Assembly: GCA_963514005.1 (NCBI GenBank)
Contig: OY740787.1
Span: 73,718,001-73,782,000 of the forward strand
Origin: Raja brachyura
Taxonomy: Eukaryota
Length of the DNA stretch: 64,000 bases
Direction of reading: 5' to 3'
Positions 25,560 through 39,476 of the stretch are shown here, in pieces. A program made the translations under genes and the position numbers. Under the pieces are notes generated by a model. It made no database searches. It worked only from the letters and a program-made list of their open reading frames with translations, and was not told the DNA's origin. Each line of letters starts with the position of its first letter. The stretch's first letter is position 1.

Positions 25560-27038
25560 CTGCACAGGTTAAGAAATCATATTTAAGACAATAAAAATAA
25601 CTTTATAGTTCTTCATATAACTGCTCAAAATCGATATACTAAATCTAAAATACAAGACATCAAGGGGACTTTCATGTTAAATTGCTGATAGAAATCTTAG
25701 AAATAATACTGCTCATGGAAATGAATATGGCGTGGTTTTCCTAACGGTACTTCGGAATCATAATTGTTATGGTTGTGCTCCTGTGCCTGAATCCTGGTTG
25801 CATCTATTGAATTGTAGTTGTTTGCTACATGTATTTGTGGTCAAGATGCTTGTGTCAAAACCAGAATTACACATGGACATGCATGGAACAAGAACTAGGC
25901 AACATCTAGGAATTAAAAGATTAACCTCTTGTACAAACCTTTGCAAACAAGTGAAATGAATGACCAATAAATGTATCAATTTTCATTAATCAGATTTAAA
26001 AGTACTAGAAATTTGAGTAGTGGGGATTGCTCGCATAGCAGGCATTTATTACCAACTCCCAATAGCCCCTGAGAGGGTAAAATAATGAATTAACTTCTTG
26101 ATTCCCTGCAACACATGTATTGCTGTTCACGTGGACCTGTAGCCCACATCTTGATGATAAAGGCTAGTGCTTGAGGGGTGCTAATGAAGCAGGTTTGGAC
26201 TGTTAATGTCGTGCAAATAATAGATGTTATTGCACCTTGTTGATGGATGTCGGTGATGAATAGGGTACGAACAACCAGGCAGTTTTGCCCTTGGCGTTTT
26301 GAAGATTAACTGGTTAGTATGGATCTAATGAAAAAAAATATTCTATTATTACCCAACATCCTCCTAAATGGCAAAACGGCTTTGTGGACGCAGAGGTATC
26401 AACTCATTTCAGTGCTTTCAAATTACACTATTAAATGACCTGCTCACTGAGGTTTGGAAATTGTATGCAAATCCATAATTAATATATTTTGATCAACTTC
26501 TCTTTGTTGATCAAATTAGCATGTCATGCTTCGTTTCATGCCACCCAAGTCATTTTCAAAGGTTACAGATAAATTGGTAAAGGCATCAATTAATTTATGG
26601 ACTTGAAGTTCAATTGGACATGCTATTTCTTTGATATTTGATCGGCTAGATTGCTTCCAGAAAACGTAATCACATTCATTTAGTTCAAATAAACTGGTTT
26701 GTACAAAGACACTGCAGATGCTAAAAGGTTGTGCCAAAATCTTCCAGTTCACTCTTTCTTTTTCCACAGACGCTGCCTGACTTGCCAGGTTTTCACCATT
26801 TTGTTTGATTTAATAAATTTTCCAATTTCCAATCATTTGCACCACAAATGACAGTGAAATACAACATGACAAAGCAAAATTGCATGAGGAATGTGCACCG
26901 CAGCAGGATTTTTAATTAAATGTGAAATTAATACTTTAGCTTTCTACAATTCCAGCCATATATAATCAGCAGTACACACTTTAGATGAAATAGACCATAA
27001 ATAACTTGATCTTAAAATCGAGATATAAATTACAATAC

Positions 27039-27119
27039 CTTCATATCTGTCTCCCTCGGAATGTGATCCTTGAAATCCTCAACTGAACTCACAAGAAAGG
27101 GAATGTGGCAAGACAGAAC
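27039..27119 (-). CDS. NCKAP1: NCKAP1 exon: [27 protein letters not shown]
   Basis: 81 nt, tttcag acceptor and gtatt donor, phase 0/0. Confidence 0.96.
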
Positions 27120-28227
27120 CTGAAATAAAAACCCAACTTTTTAGAAGCTGTAGATTTTGGAGTCAAGGGAAAGATAGAACTGGCAAATCTGGTATTGTGG
27201 AGTAGGTGGTATTGTTGTTGCCGTCTAAAGAGTACAGAAGGGCCTATAACTTGGAAAAAGTATTGTCCTCAACATTTGAAGTTTAGCACTTTACCTGAAT
27301 ATTTTGTCCTGGCAAATTATCCTGCACTGAGTTTTACAGATCACAGAATTCTATATTTGCACTCTGTCTTCTTCCCTATTTTACTTCTCAATGACTAAGT
27401 TTCAACTTTAACATCAAGCCCCATTGTTAAGGATTTCTCCACCATAGGAAATTAATTCCACCACCAAATCTACTCAATTAAAATATCCTGACTGCATCCA
27501 CCCCTCAACTATCTAAAGACATAGGAATAAAATAACGATATTTAATCAGTCGTCAAAGTAATAATTTCAGACATTGCAACCTCATTTCTACGGCCAACCA
27601 TTTGGTCTTTTGGCGCTGTGACTATTCCAGCTCATGAAACGTTCATTAGCAACTCTTGTGGTAGCTCAGGATATTTCAGTACATTAAAGGGTGGCAGATA
27701 AAGCTAGTGTTATTGTAGTTAGCATTTCAGAGGGACTCTATGGAATATTTAAAGGCATTACACATTGAAAGAAGCTTTCCATGAAGCTTGTAAATATATT
27801 TTCCCCGAAAATAAAAGAATCACCATTAGGCGCAAAATCTAATGCCTTATAACATGACAACAATTTGATGTGCTCATACTTGTTTGAATAGAGTACATCA
27901 CACATACTCCATGATGCACTTTGAATTTCCACAACTGACAATAAACTGACAAGCCTTCAATTTCAGTTCTTCCTCCATTCCACCTTAAATAATGAAGCCA
28001 TATCTAAGAGGAAGCTAAAATGTTTATTATATTGTGGCCAATTTAAATTAGTACTCTGTGTAGTCCCGTGAGTGCTTTGAATTCACTACCTTCCCATTAG
28101 ATGTTTTCTCAAAATTATCTCCTCTCCCTGCGACACTCACTATTTTTAAGAATGTTATACAGCATTTGGCAATTTGACCACAAAGATATTCAAAGACATT
28201 CATTCATATGACGCCATCAGTACTTAC

Positions 28228-28310
28228 ATCTCTAAGCGCTTCCTGTGCCAGTGAACGAAATGATAGGATAACACCAATTATTGTCATCCTCTTCAGTACA
28301 CTATCAACCG
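28228..28310 (-). CDS. NCKAP1: NCKAP1 exon: [27 protein letters not shown]
   Basis: 83 nt, ctag acceptor and gtaagt donor, phase 1/0. Confidence 0.96.
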
Positions 28311-29167
28311 CTAGATTTAAGGAGACAGAGAGAAATGAGTAACATCTATGTTTTTTGCAAGACGGATCAATAGTACAACAATGCCTTAAGACTCTTAATT
28401 ACGACTCTTCAGAAATATCTGTGTTCCACAGAATCATTTCTAACTTTAGACTAATCAGCTACTCAGTAACTAACTTAAATAAATTGTACCAAAACATTTT
28501 TTTTGTGGACATGAATTCAAATTCTTAGAAGCTGCAGAAGCACACTTAAATTTTAGATTATTTCTGAAAATTCTAAAATGTAATGAAAAAGTGGATTTTA
28601 TATTCTGCACATTTACAAATCATGAGTAAAGGATGGTTATATTTAATGGCACTTTACTTAAGGAACTAGAGAGTGAAGGCTTTGGTGCTCTGCAAAGGAT
28701 TACATCGTTTCTCTTCCCAGAGATGCAGCTTGATATGCTGACTATTTCTCACATTATTCGTTTTATTTTATATTTTCAGCATCTGCATTTTCATTTGCAA
28801 AGGATGATTACTTTTGCATTAAAAATGAATATTTTAATGCCACGCCTTCATTTTAGTCATATTCTTGCCTATCTTTAAATAGTTCCTGATTATACACTCA
28901 GCCAACATGAAACACAAACTACAAAGTAACACTTCAGTGTTTGTGGCCGCAGTAACTATGACATCCATAGAGAGAAAAAACAACAGTAGTCAAAAAGACC
29001 CAGTTTAATCTGTTTTTCCAGGACAAATCCAACTTGACAAACTCGCTATTTAATTTTGTAATGCCAATAGAGATTAATAAATCACAAGATCCCGAGGCTT
29101 GATCATGTTCATGATGAAGTGCTTTGATAAGTTGATTATGACACTTATATTCTGCACTAAAAAGGAC

Positions 29168-29445
29168 CTATAGACTTTAGTGATACAGGACTGAAACAGG
29201 CCCTTCAGCCCACCAAGTCTGTGCTGACCAGCGATCATTCCATACACTAGCACTATTCTACATGCGAGGGACAATTAACAATTTTACTGAAGCCAATTAA
29301 CCTATAAACCTGTATGTCTGTGGATGTGGGAGGAAACTGGAGCACCCGGAGAAACCCATGTGGTCATACGGAAAACGTACAAACTCCAAACAGACAGCAC
29401 ACGTAGTTAGGATCGAATCCAGATCTCTGGCGCTGTGCCGCGCCT
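29168..29445 (-). mobile_element. HE1-like V-SINE, head partly lost
   Basis: B box-like ggattcgatcc, V domain tttggagtttgtacgttttcc, CR1-like tail. Confidence 0.85.
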
Positions 29446-29469
29446 GTGCCAACATGGACCCATTAAAAT

Positions 29470-29665
29470 TCAGGATGGCGGTGGAGAGTCTAAACTGCGT
29501 GCAGCAAACTGATGCAATCACAGAAAGCTATTAAGCCCTTAACTTCCTGAGAAGATTGAGGAGGTTCGGCCTGTCATTGAATATACCGTCACCAGGTATA
29601 TGCGAAGAGAACATACTGACTTGTTGCATCATGGGCTAGTTCAGAAACTCAAAAGCCCAGGATGT
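29470..29665 (+). mobile_element. Rex1 fragment
   Basis: Similar to 37060-37230 (actgatgcaatca...acttcctgagaagatt). Confidence 0.65.
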
Positions 29666-29933
29666 CAAAAAGCTGGGAGGATGTTTCCCAGAGCTAAGAA
29701 CCTTAAGACTTCAGGGCACAGTTTCAGAGGCATGCCATTAATTCTGTGGTAAATTAATTTCTTCACTCAGAGGGCAGTAAACCCTGTAACCTGGAGGACT
29801 GTGGATGTTCACTGTGTTCATTCAAAGCACAGATTGATAGATATTAACAGAATCAAACGGTTGAGGATTTTGCTCAAACATGTTGCCGAGGTAAAAGTAA
29901 ACCATAATCTTAATGGAAGAAAAGAGGCTCGGG

Positions 29934-30032
29934 TGGTCTGAAGAAGGGTCTTGACCCAAAACATTACCCATTCCTTCTCTCCAGAGATGCTGCCTGTCCG
30001 GCTGAGTTACCCCAGCTTTTTGTGTCTATCTC
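29934..30032 (+). repeat. Single-arm Penelope-derived element, decayed hammerhead core
   Basis: ggtctgaagaagggtcttgacccaaaacattacc, then gatgctgcctgtccggctgagttaccccagc. Confidence 0.75.
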
Positions 30033-31300
30033 AGAAGGTCGGAGGGCTTATTTCTTGTGTTATGTGGGGCAGCTAATGAGATTTTCCATGACTTATTTTG
30101 ACTTCAACATATCATCCTCCCACTCAATTCTCAGTCTATATTGATAAGTATTTCATTTAACATTTAAATATCCAGCAAGTTGAAGAATTCTGACCTGCTT
30201 TCTCAAACAGATTGGAAATCAGGAGCCATGAGCTCTGCAGGATTAGAATGGATTTCCTTTTGTAAAGTTACTTAGACTGTTGCAGTTTCTTTTCTATCCA
30301 TCACATCAGGAAATTTAATGAATCTTTTCAAATGTTTAAACCATCCAACATAGAACTTGACAGCAAAAACATGTTTTTAAAGGCAAAATTGAAAATCATG
30401 TACAAGTACAGATTGAACAGAGGTCCCAAGTTGACCTTAGTCTGTTTTGAGTTAGCTGATAACCTGTCTCAAACAGCTGTCTGTCTCCACAAATGTTCAC
30501 CGTGGAATGTCCCTGAACACTTGAGATCAGTTCTCAAGTCAGTTGGGACAAGATTAAAGTTCTGGCGCCCATCAAAATTTGTTTTATGCTCATCACACTA
30601 ATATTATGTAAAATAATCTCTGAACATCACCAATGACTCAAAAGTGAATTTCATCAATTCCCTTGCAGCCTTGGATGGAAGTACAAACGGCAAAACTATG
30701 AAAAGTATTCTGATCTTTTAGACTAAAGAGATAAAAGTATATTGCCTTTCCCTTGGGATCTTATCAGCACTTTCAAAACTTACCACAACAAACTACCTTT
30801 TCAAAGCTGCCAAGCTTAGTTTGGAAAAATACAAATGGAAAAGAACTGGTGGTTGTCACCACTACAAAAAAAACTGTAGATGAAATATCTCATGAAATAT
30901 ATAAAATCTGAAATAATTCCAGTACTGTTGACGAGCTAATTGACTGGAGTATAAGGTCAAATGTTTCCCACCAACGCAAACTCACTGGGATCTTGCCTAA
31001 CAGGATAAAAGTATTGGTGCATGACAGAGAAACTATGTAGCAAACTATTATTCTCCCTTTACAGGGGAAAGAGTGAGATGGGGTTAGGCAAGGTTCTCAT
31101 TTCCTTCATCCAGCTCCTTGGGGAAAAAAACAATTCTGTATTTAAGTCCCGACAATGTGCAAAGTTAAAATTAACAATTTATTATTCATAGAACATGCAA
31201 TGGAATTATAGTTCTGCAACTGTGAGGCCGTGTCACAGACTGGAACATCATTACATTGTCTATCCAGTTTCTGGAATTGGTAAACATACTCTATACCCAC

Positions 31301-31394
31301 ATGTTAATCTTTTGAAGAGCGCTGCCATCTGGTCCGGTTTGTCAAAGCTGGTCCTCATTTGTGTTAGCACGTCAACATTCTCCACTACTAGTTT
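31301..31394 (-). CDS. NCKAP1: NCKAP1 exon: [31 protein letters not shown](S)
   Basis: 94 nt, tttttag acceptor and gtgggt donor, phase 0/1. Confidence 0.95.
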
Positions 31395-34300
31395 CTAAAA
31401 AATAAACCCACATTTAATATTAGACAGTCAGGTAACCAAAGTCAAACAGATATTTCAATCTGGCAAAGGAAATTAGCTTTATAAGATCCAGATGGTTCCA
31501 GTCTTCAGTTCCCAAAGAGTTGAAGTGTTTGGAGATAATGTGCGACTTAACTTCTGAAAACAAAACACTCCCGTGTTATTTTTACATGTTCCACTTTTTC
31601 CCCTTTCAGTTCACCAGCAGTGAGATTGAACAGGCCATTGTCTTCAATTTCCTTCCTTTCTCTCCCAAAATCATCATCCTATGATAGAATTAATAACTGT
31701 TCTGAACACTTCCAATGCAAAGCTGAGATGATGATATATTTGAAAAGGTATACATTAAATGTTATATATAAAAAATAAAGTTTTATAAAGATATAAACCA
31801 TAATTTAGTCTCAGAATACTGCATTACCAGTGATATCCGCAGTGCCTTGACAAAAATAAATAGTTATTTTCTGTCCAATATCTCTCTCACACATTCTTGA
31901 GTATAAGCAGTTACATTCTTCATTATCCAAGTGGCGGCTGTTTATTTCTAAGCTGGGAAAGCATGTACCATTATGTAAAAAAAAAGCAAGTGCTGGAGGA
32001 ACTCGGGGTCTGGCAGCATCTGTGGAGAATATGGAAGGCAGCATTGATGGGTAATTCTGCAGATGCCATTATCTTAGTTGAAACAATATTATTTTAGTTC
32101 AAGTCCAAGTGGACAAATTTCCTGAAGTTGAGAGAAAGAAAATATGGAAGAGCGGTCACATGGTTATAATTATGAGTTTGCAAGCAGTTTTCCTCCACGC
32201 AAGTTCAAGAGTACAAAGGCTAATTCAAGCAATCTAATACAGGAGCTTCCATAAAGCTCAGTGCCACTTCTCAAAGTGAACTCTGCAACAAACAAATCCA
32301 AAGTACTTACGGAGTTTTAGAAATCAGTTTTAAAAGTTAAAATTCTTACACAACAAAATTGCTCCAAGACTCAGTCATGTAACAATTGAAATGACAATGC
32401 AATTTAAAATAATATTTCATCGTTTATTTTTGGGGTTTCAAAAATAAAGAATACTTGCTTTTCAGAAAATGAATTCCTTCGGCCGCCGGGTCATATAATA
32501 AAACCAAGTTACAATTTTCCAGAAGAATATTAGACGTGCAATTTGATCACATTTTGCATAACACTCAAGTTATTTGGCAGAAAGCACTAAATTAATAGCT
32601 TTTCACTGAGACACTGAAATTAAAAAAATCAGGAAGGAATTGATGATTTAGTCTAAGTCACACATTCCTCCCTTGCAACCCCCTCCTCCGCATAGAAATA
32701 AATTACTGTCACGTTAAGGTAAAAGGTTAAATAGTCTTTTGGATATCAACTGCCAATATTGTTTTTGCACAATAATAAACTCCCTCAAGTTAACTGCAAA
32801 TGACAAATAATTTGATTTCACCGAGAGAAGAATGTCCTCTACTGCCTGTGGGGATCATATTTATTTTGCTTATTTAAAGCAGCTTCATCTGCTGGCTATT
32901 TTCAAATAAGCTCATATTTCTGTATATTCTCATTTTATAAATACAGGATGTAGTAATTTGCAAACCTTGCTGGTACTAATGTAATACAAGAAAAATAAAT
33001 ACACCTATTGAATTGATAAACTAATAGCCACAAAGCTTCCAGTCAGATTTGTTTGCTGAAATTATGCAATGTTTTGAATTAGACATTAATTTATGTTTTC
33101 CTCAATTTGAAACATATTTTTTGAGGAAATCAATTATTGCAATGACATTGATTATATCCCACGTGTGCTGTTCAAGAAAAAACATATACATTAATTTCAG
33201 AAATATGATGCTAGGTGATTTGTATTTAGGTTTGTTATTAGTAAGGGCAATTCCAATGTTATATCTGCAAATTCCAAGGTAATACAGCTAATATCATGTT
33301 GGTTTATAAAATTCGCATCCTTCTCCATCTTAAGTACTTAAAAGTATTTACAGCTAAAGAGGCAGGAGTAGTATCTTGTGTTGACTTCCCTCCGAACTAG
33401 AATAGATTCAGCTGACTCCAATCTATCCTCAATTATTGTAATTGAATTTAAAAAAGTAAATGACAAGAATTAACAAACTGGTGCACCACTTAGCACTCAG
33501 GAAACATCCTGAGGAATGAAAGAGTTAATGCAAATAGTGCTAAAAAGAAGCCATTACAGCAACCCTGCACAAACTCCTGCTCTCTCCTCAGTCATGTGCT
33601 GTTTTGCCAGGAACATGGTGCAAATTCAGCAATGAATTTCTGGATGGAGATGCTAGTGATGGCTGGCTTGGGCATGCTAGGACTAGCCATGTGGCCGGTC
33701 CATGTTAGGATGTCAGGCACAGGATGGTATCGTAGTGGGCACAGATAATGCAACAAAAAAAAAGAACACTGGCAGCAGCTCCTCCATATTTTGCGAGTCT
33801 ACTTGGATCCCACAAATGTGGACGTCTGTCGCCAAAGCCCACATGCACCATGCAAGCTCAATACAGCCCTTATCCCCACATCGCAATGCTGAGCGTCTGC
33901 ATTGCTCAGCCAACACTGCCCCTCACAGGCAGCCTCACAACACCAACATAGTGATTTGTCAGTTCATTATAGAACCAAAAGATCATAAAAACCGTAGCCA
34001 AATCACCTTCTCTCTCCACTCCTAAAATCAAATTACTCATTGTACCTAGGGATTTCAGCAAAATCTTTGACGGGGATTCAGAAAGGCATTATAAAACTGC
34101 CTTTTGACTAATTTAAAAAAAAGACTCATGCAAAATTAAGACAACAGTAACCTGTACCCGTGTTGAGACTTTTGAGTTTTACAGGGTTATCCCACTTACA
34201 AATTAAAAATGAGTGGCCTTCACAGTATCATTCCACACCTCATCCAAATAGAACACATTTTGGCAGAATTTGTGCATTGAATTTTCTATCTCCTAAATAA

Positions 34301-34577
34301 AGTCTCTGCGGACCAATGGCAATAACATTTTTAAGACAATCTAATGAAGCCTTTCCTCACAGCTTATTAGTACTTGTGAGAAATCCATCGTCCACTTATT
34401 GAGGGCAGGAAGTGAACTTTAACCACTTATTTATTGCTAATTGAAATCACGCTGTTCTATCCTATTTTAACAATAAAAATGGGTCAGGCCAGATTTGCCA
34501 GTGCCCCGTTAACTTTCTTGGAACGGCTATCCTATTTTAATTCTATCAAATTCTTGATCATCAGATTTTGCCCTTTG

Positions 34578-34922
34578 TAGACAGAGATTGATGTGGATAA
34601 GCTTTTTCCATTGAGAGTAGGGAAGATTCAAACAAGAGGACATGATTTGAGAATTAAGGGAGAAAGGTTTAGGGGTAACATGAGGGGGAACTTCTTTACT
34701 CAGAGAGTGGTAGCTGTGTGGAATGTGCTTCCAGTGGAAGTGGTGGAGGCAGGTTCGATTTTATCATTTAAAAATAAATTGGATAGGTATATGGACGGGA
34801 AAGGAATGGAGGGTTATGGTCTGAGCGCAGGTAGATGGGACTAGGTGAGAGTAAGTGTTCGGCACGGACTAGAAGGGCCGAGAGGCCTGTTTCCGTGCTG
34901 TAATTGTTATATGGTTATATGT
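34578..34922 (+). mobile_element. CR1 LINE 3' fragment (different subfamily)
   Basis: ORF 34593..34844 reads TRGHDLRIKG...FFTQRVVAVWNVLP; tail gttatatggttatatg. Confidence 0.88.
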
Positions 34923-35092
34923 ATCCCATGAACCTCTTTCACAGCAGAAGTAGCATTCTTCTAACATTCATGTTTTAGAAACCATCAGAATCTCCTCCAC
35001 TTTTTCACACTTTATTACCACAGTTCATTTCCTTGTCAATCATTAATTTAGCAATCACTTCAATACATCATCCTTTATTCCGTGGTCTCTTA

Positions 35093-35567
35093 AGGGCCTG
35101 TCAACACTTGCATGCGATTGCATGCGTTTGGCGCGACCAAACGGAAGCCGAGTTCGCACTAAGTTCACGTGTGACGCAATTCGCGTCATACTCACCAATC
35201 AGCTGGGCAGGAGGCGGGCCGACTCAATTTGGGCGTTGCACGGCGTCGGGCGGTGACGTCATCGCGCAATGCCATGCCGGGCGGTGACATCATCGCGCAA
35301 CGTCACACGCTAGGCGTATGCCATCAAGACGCTGCATATGCCGTCAAGACGCTGCGTACGCCCTCAATGTGCCTGCGGGCCGACAGGCCGTTGGTGCGCT
35401 AAATATTTGGACAGTGTGGGATTTTCGGAGCCTCGCGCGATGTCTGTACCAGCCCCGCACAACTCCATACGCCTCCGCGCTTGGAAGTGGGACCGGCCCC
35501 GCTCGGCCCGTATGCTTCAAGCGACCACATTTGGTCGCGCCAGACGCATGCAAGTGGGACAGTCCTT
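35093..35567. mobile_element. Non-autonomous PIF/Harbinger-type element
   Basis: TIRs agggcctgtcaacacttgcatgcg / cgcatgcaagtgggacagtcctt; TTA TSD at 35090-92 and 35568-70. Confidence 0.85.
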
Positions 35568-35711
35568 TTACTAAACCAAAATACTGGCTTTATTTAGTTA
35601 AACACATAATACTCCTACTGCCCTCATGCAACTACACAGGATATCTCCATAGGAAGCACCTCTCTCACCATCACATTGGACAAAGATGTATCTGCAGCAC
35701 CATTACTACTG

Positions 35712-37680
35712 CTTGGAGTCTGTAGACTGGGCAATGTTCAGACCCGGCAACGGACCATAATGAACACGTCACAGTCGTTACAGACTTCATAAAGAAATGT
35801 GTGGAGGACTGCATCCCAACAAAAACCTTCCGAGTGTTTCCTAACCAGAAACCTTGGATGAACCATGAGATCTGCATTCTTCTGAAGACCAGATCCCAGG
35901 CATTCAGGTCTGGAGATATAGATGTCTACAAGACGTCCAGATACGACCTTGGTAAGGTCATCAAAAAGGCCAAAAGGGACTTTGCTCCAATCTGGAGGAC
36001 AAGACCGATGTTCGGCAACTGTGGCGGAGCATGAATGCCATCACCTCCAACAAGGCGAAATCAGGTGGTAGCTCAAATGTCAGCAAAACTTGGTATTTCA
36101 GTCACAGTCACAGAGGCCGACGTCAGAAGATGCTTCAGGGGGGTGAACCCTCGGAAAGCACCTGGACCTGATGGAATATCCAGTCGTGTTCTAAAAATCT
36201 GTAAGAACCAACTGGCTGGAGTTTTTATGGCCATTTTCTACCTCTCACTTCTGAGGTCTGAGGTTCCCACCAGCTTTAAAAGGGCATCAATTATACCGGT
36301 GCCCAAGAAGAGCAAGGTGACATGCCTCAATGATTATCAACCAGTGGCACTAACGTCTGTGGTGATGAAGTACTTTGAGAGGTTGATTATGGCGCATATC
36401 AACTCCTATCTCGACAAGAACCACGACCCACTGCAGCTCACTTACTGCCACAACAGGTCAACGATGGATGCGATCTCACTGACTCTCCACTCCGTTCTGG
36501 GCCACTTGGACAACAAAAACTCATATGTCAGTCTGTTATTCATAGACTACAGCTCGGCATTTAATACCATCATCCCCTCCAAGCTGGTTACCAAGCTCTT
36601 TAGATCTGGGTCTCTGCGCATCCCTTTGCAATTGAATCCTCGACTTCCTCATCCACAGACCACAGTCTGTCCGTATTGGTGGAAATGTGTCATCCTCGTT
36701 AACAATCAGCACGGGAGCACCTCAAGGCTGCGTGCTGGACTCACTCTATACTCATGACTGCATAGCTGGACATAGTGCGAACTCCATCACCAAGTTCACT
36801 GACACTGTTGTTCACTGTTGTGGGGCAAATCACTGATGGTGATAAGTCAGAGTATAGAAGTGAGATCGACCGATTGACCAAATGGTGCCAGCAAAATAAC
36901 CTGGCTCTCAACACCAGCAAAACCAAGGAACTGATTGTGGACTTTGGAAGGGGTAGAATAGGGACCCACAATCCGGTTTATATCAACAGGACGATGGTGG
37001 AACGGGTCAAGAACTTCAAATTCCTGGGCGTGCATATTTCCGAAGATCTTTCCTGGACCCAGCACACTGATGCAATCATAAAGAAGGCACATCAGCGCCT
37101 CTACTTCCTGAGAAGATTACGGAGAGTCGATTTGTCAAGGAGGACTCTCTTGAACTTCTACAGGTGCACAGTAGAGCAGACTGACTGGCTGCATCGTGGC
37201 TTGGTTCGGTAACTTGAATGTCCAGGAGCGGAAAATATTGCAGAAAGTTGTGACCACTGCCCAGTCCATCATCGGCTCTGACCTCCCCACCATCGAAGGG
37301 ATCTATCGCAGTCGCTGCCTCAAAAAGGCTGCCAACATCATCAAAGACCCACACCATCCTGGCCACACACTCATCTCTCCGTTGCCATCGGGAAGAAGGT
37401 ACAGGAGCTTGAAATCTGACACATCCAGGTTTAGGAACAGCTACTTCCCCACAGCCATCAGGCTATTAAACTCGCCATCAAACGAACTCTGAACAATAGC
37501 AGGCTATTGCACTTTATCTGTTTATTTATTGTGTGTATATACTTATATGGTCTATGGTATATAGACACACTGAACTTTTATCTCCTGTTCTGTATTATGT
37601 TTACATATTCTGTTGTTCTGCAGCAAGCAAGAATTTTATTGTCCTATCTGGGACACATGACAATAAAACTCTCTTGACTC
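35712..37680 (+). mobile_element. Rex1/Babar LINE, 5'-truncated and decayed
   Basis: [41 protein letters not shown] and AHQRLYFLRRLR motifs; tail gacaataaaactctcttgactc. Confidence 0.92.
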
Positions 37681-39261
37681 AACAACCAACTCACAACCAT
37701 CTCTACTCACAATTGTGCCACTCGACCTTATATCCACTATCAATCTCACACTGCCAACCAACAAACAATAGTATGGCTATAAATATATGCTGATTTTAGA
37801 TCCAAGCTGCTGTTCAACCAGCATATTGATATTCTTTCAACCTTAGTTGACTGCTAATACAATTACCTGCTTGATGTCTCCTTCTGAGTACTTTAAGGTC
37901 CTTTTTCCCCTCTTCTCACGCCAGTACCTATATTTGCACTTTCCACTGTCTCTCCATCCATAAACTAATTCCAATTTCTGCAGCACAGTTAACATGACAT
38001 ACAGATGGGTGATTTTGCCTTTCATGTGGCCTCAGCCAAAAAACAGTAGCAATACCCTTATCACAACAGGCAAACAAATATTTCATTTTCACGATTGTCA
38101 TTGCTGTACTTTTGTGCCTTGGAAACTGCACATCATCCAAAGCCACCTTACACTTAGCTACATCCAGAATATTGGACCTTTACAATTCTGCCCACACATC
38201 TAACCCAGACACATGGTTTCTCTATGGAGAAATCTTTACAACAAAGAACTGCAGATGCTGTTCTATAGAAAGGACTCAGTGCTGGAGTAACATCAGGTCA
38301 GGCAGCATCCGTGGAGAACATGGGTAGGTGACATTTTGGGTCGGGTCCCTTCAGACAGCTATAAAGTTTACTTCAACATATTTATCTGTAATCAGAATGG
38401 TGCTCAGTGCTAAGACCAACATACACCAACAGTCTGTTCTGCAGCCACTTCAAATGATACTGGTTAATTCACTCCAGCCTGGGAAATTGTTTTGTTGGCC
38501 TGCAGATCAGACAATGACTCACTTAGTGTTAAGATATACAACTGCTGACATGGAAGAAATCTTAAAGTATAAAAGATTTTACTGCATAGTAATACAAATT
38601 AAAAAGTGATTAATTTCACCAAGCCGTATGTTTTGGGAAAGAATTCAAATAATCTTTTTATGCCTTCTCCCTGTGATCTTTGCTTTGAAAGAGCTATAGT
38701 ATCTAGACCTATAATGTGCCATTTGTAATACCACCATTTACAATTTTTTGCATACATTTACAAACCCTCCCCTCACCCAAGTTCTTTAGGCAAATATTTT
38801 TAAAACTACAACTTCAGGTTACTGGCCAGAGGAAATATTTCATCCCTGCATACTCTATCAAAATCTCAGACAATGCTGAATATCTCCTTATGGTTTTTCA
38901 TTATCTACTCTGGTCTAAAACTTCCCATTACACTGTAGATTTGAAGGACCATTTCCCTGGTTACCTTAAATTGGTATCAATTTAAATTCTGTTTCACGAT
39001 GTGGACTTTTCTGAGACCAGAATTTACTGCCCATCCCCAATTACTCTTGAAAAGATGTTTGGTGAACCACATTCTTGAACCACAATCCTTTTAGTGTCTT
39101 CTCTGCTTAAGCATAATGATCATAAAAATTAGTAGATTGTTATGCCATCTCAAAGGACATTTAAGAGGTAACACTCAAGTTGGGTGTCAGTTATGTATTC
39201 CAGACCAAGCAGGATGACAGATTTCCTTCTGAAGATTAGTGAACAAGATGGATTTTTAGAA

Positions 39262-39476
39262 ACAAAAAACTGCAGATGCTGGTTAATGCACAAAAATACA
39301 CAAAGTGCTGGAGTGGAGCATGTCAGGCAGCATCCCTGGAGAATAGGTGGATAGGTGACGCTTCAGGTCTGAAGAAAGATCTTGATCTAAAACATTACCT
39401 ATCCATGTTCTCCAGGGGCGCTGCCTGACCTGCTGAGTTACTCCAGCACTTTGTGCCTTTTTGTGCATTAACCAGT
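39262..39476. repeat. Palindromic Penelope-derived short element
   Basis: Inverted arms ctggttaatgcacaaaaa...caaagtgctggagt / actccagcactttgtg...tttttgtgcattaaccag. Confidence 0.8.
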
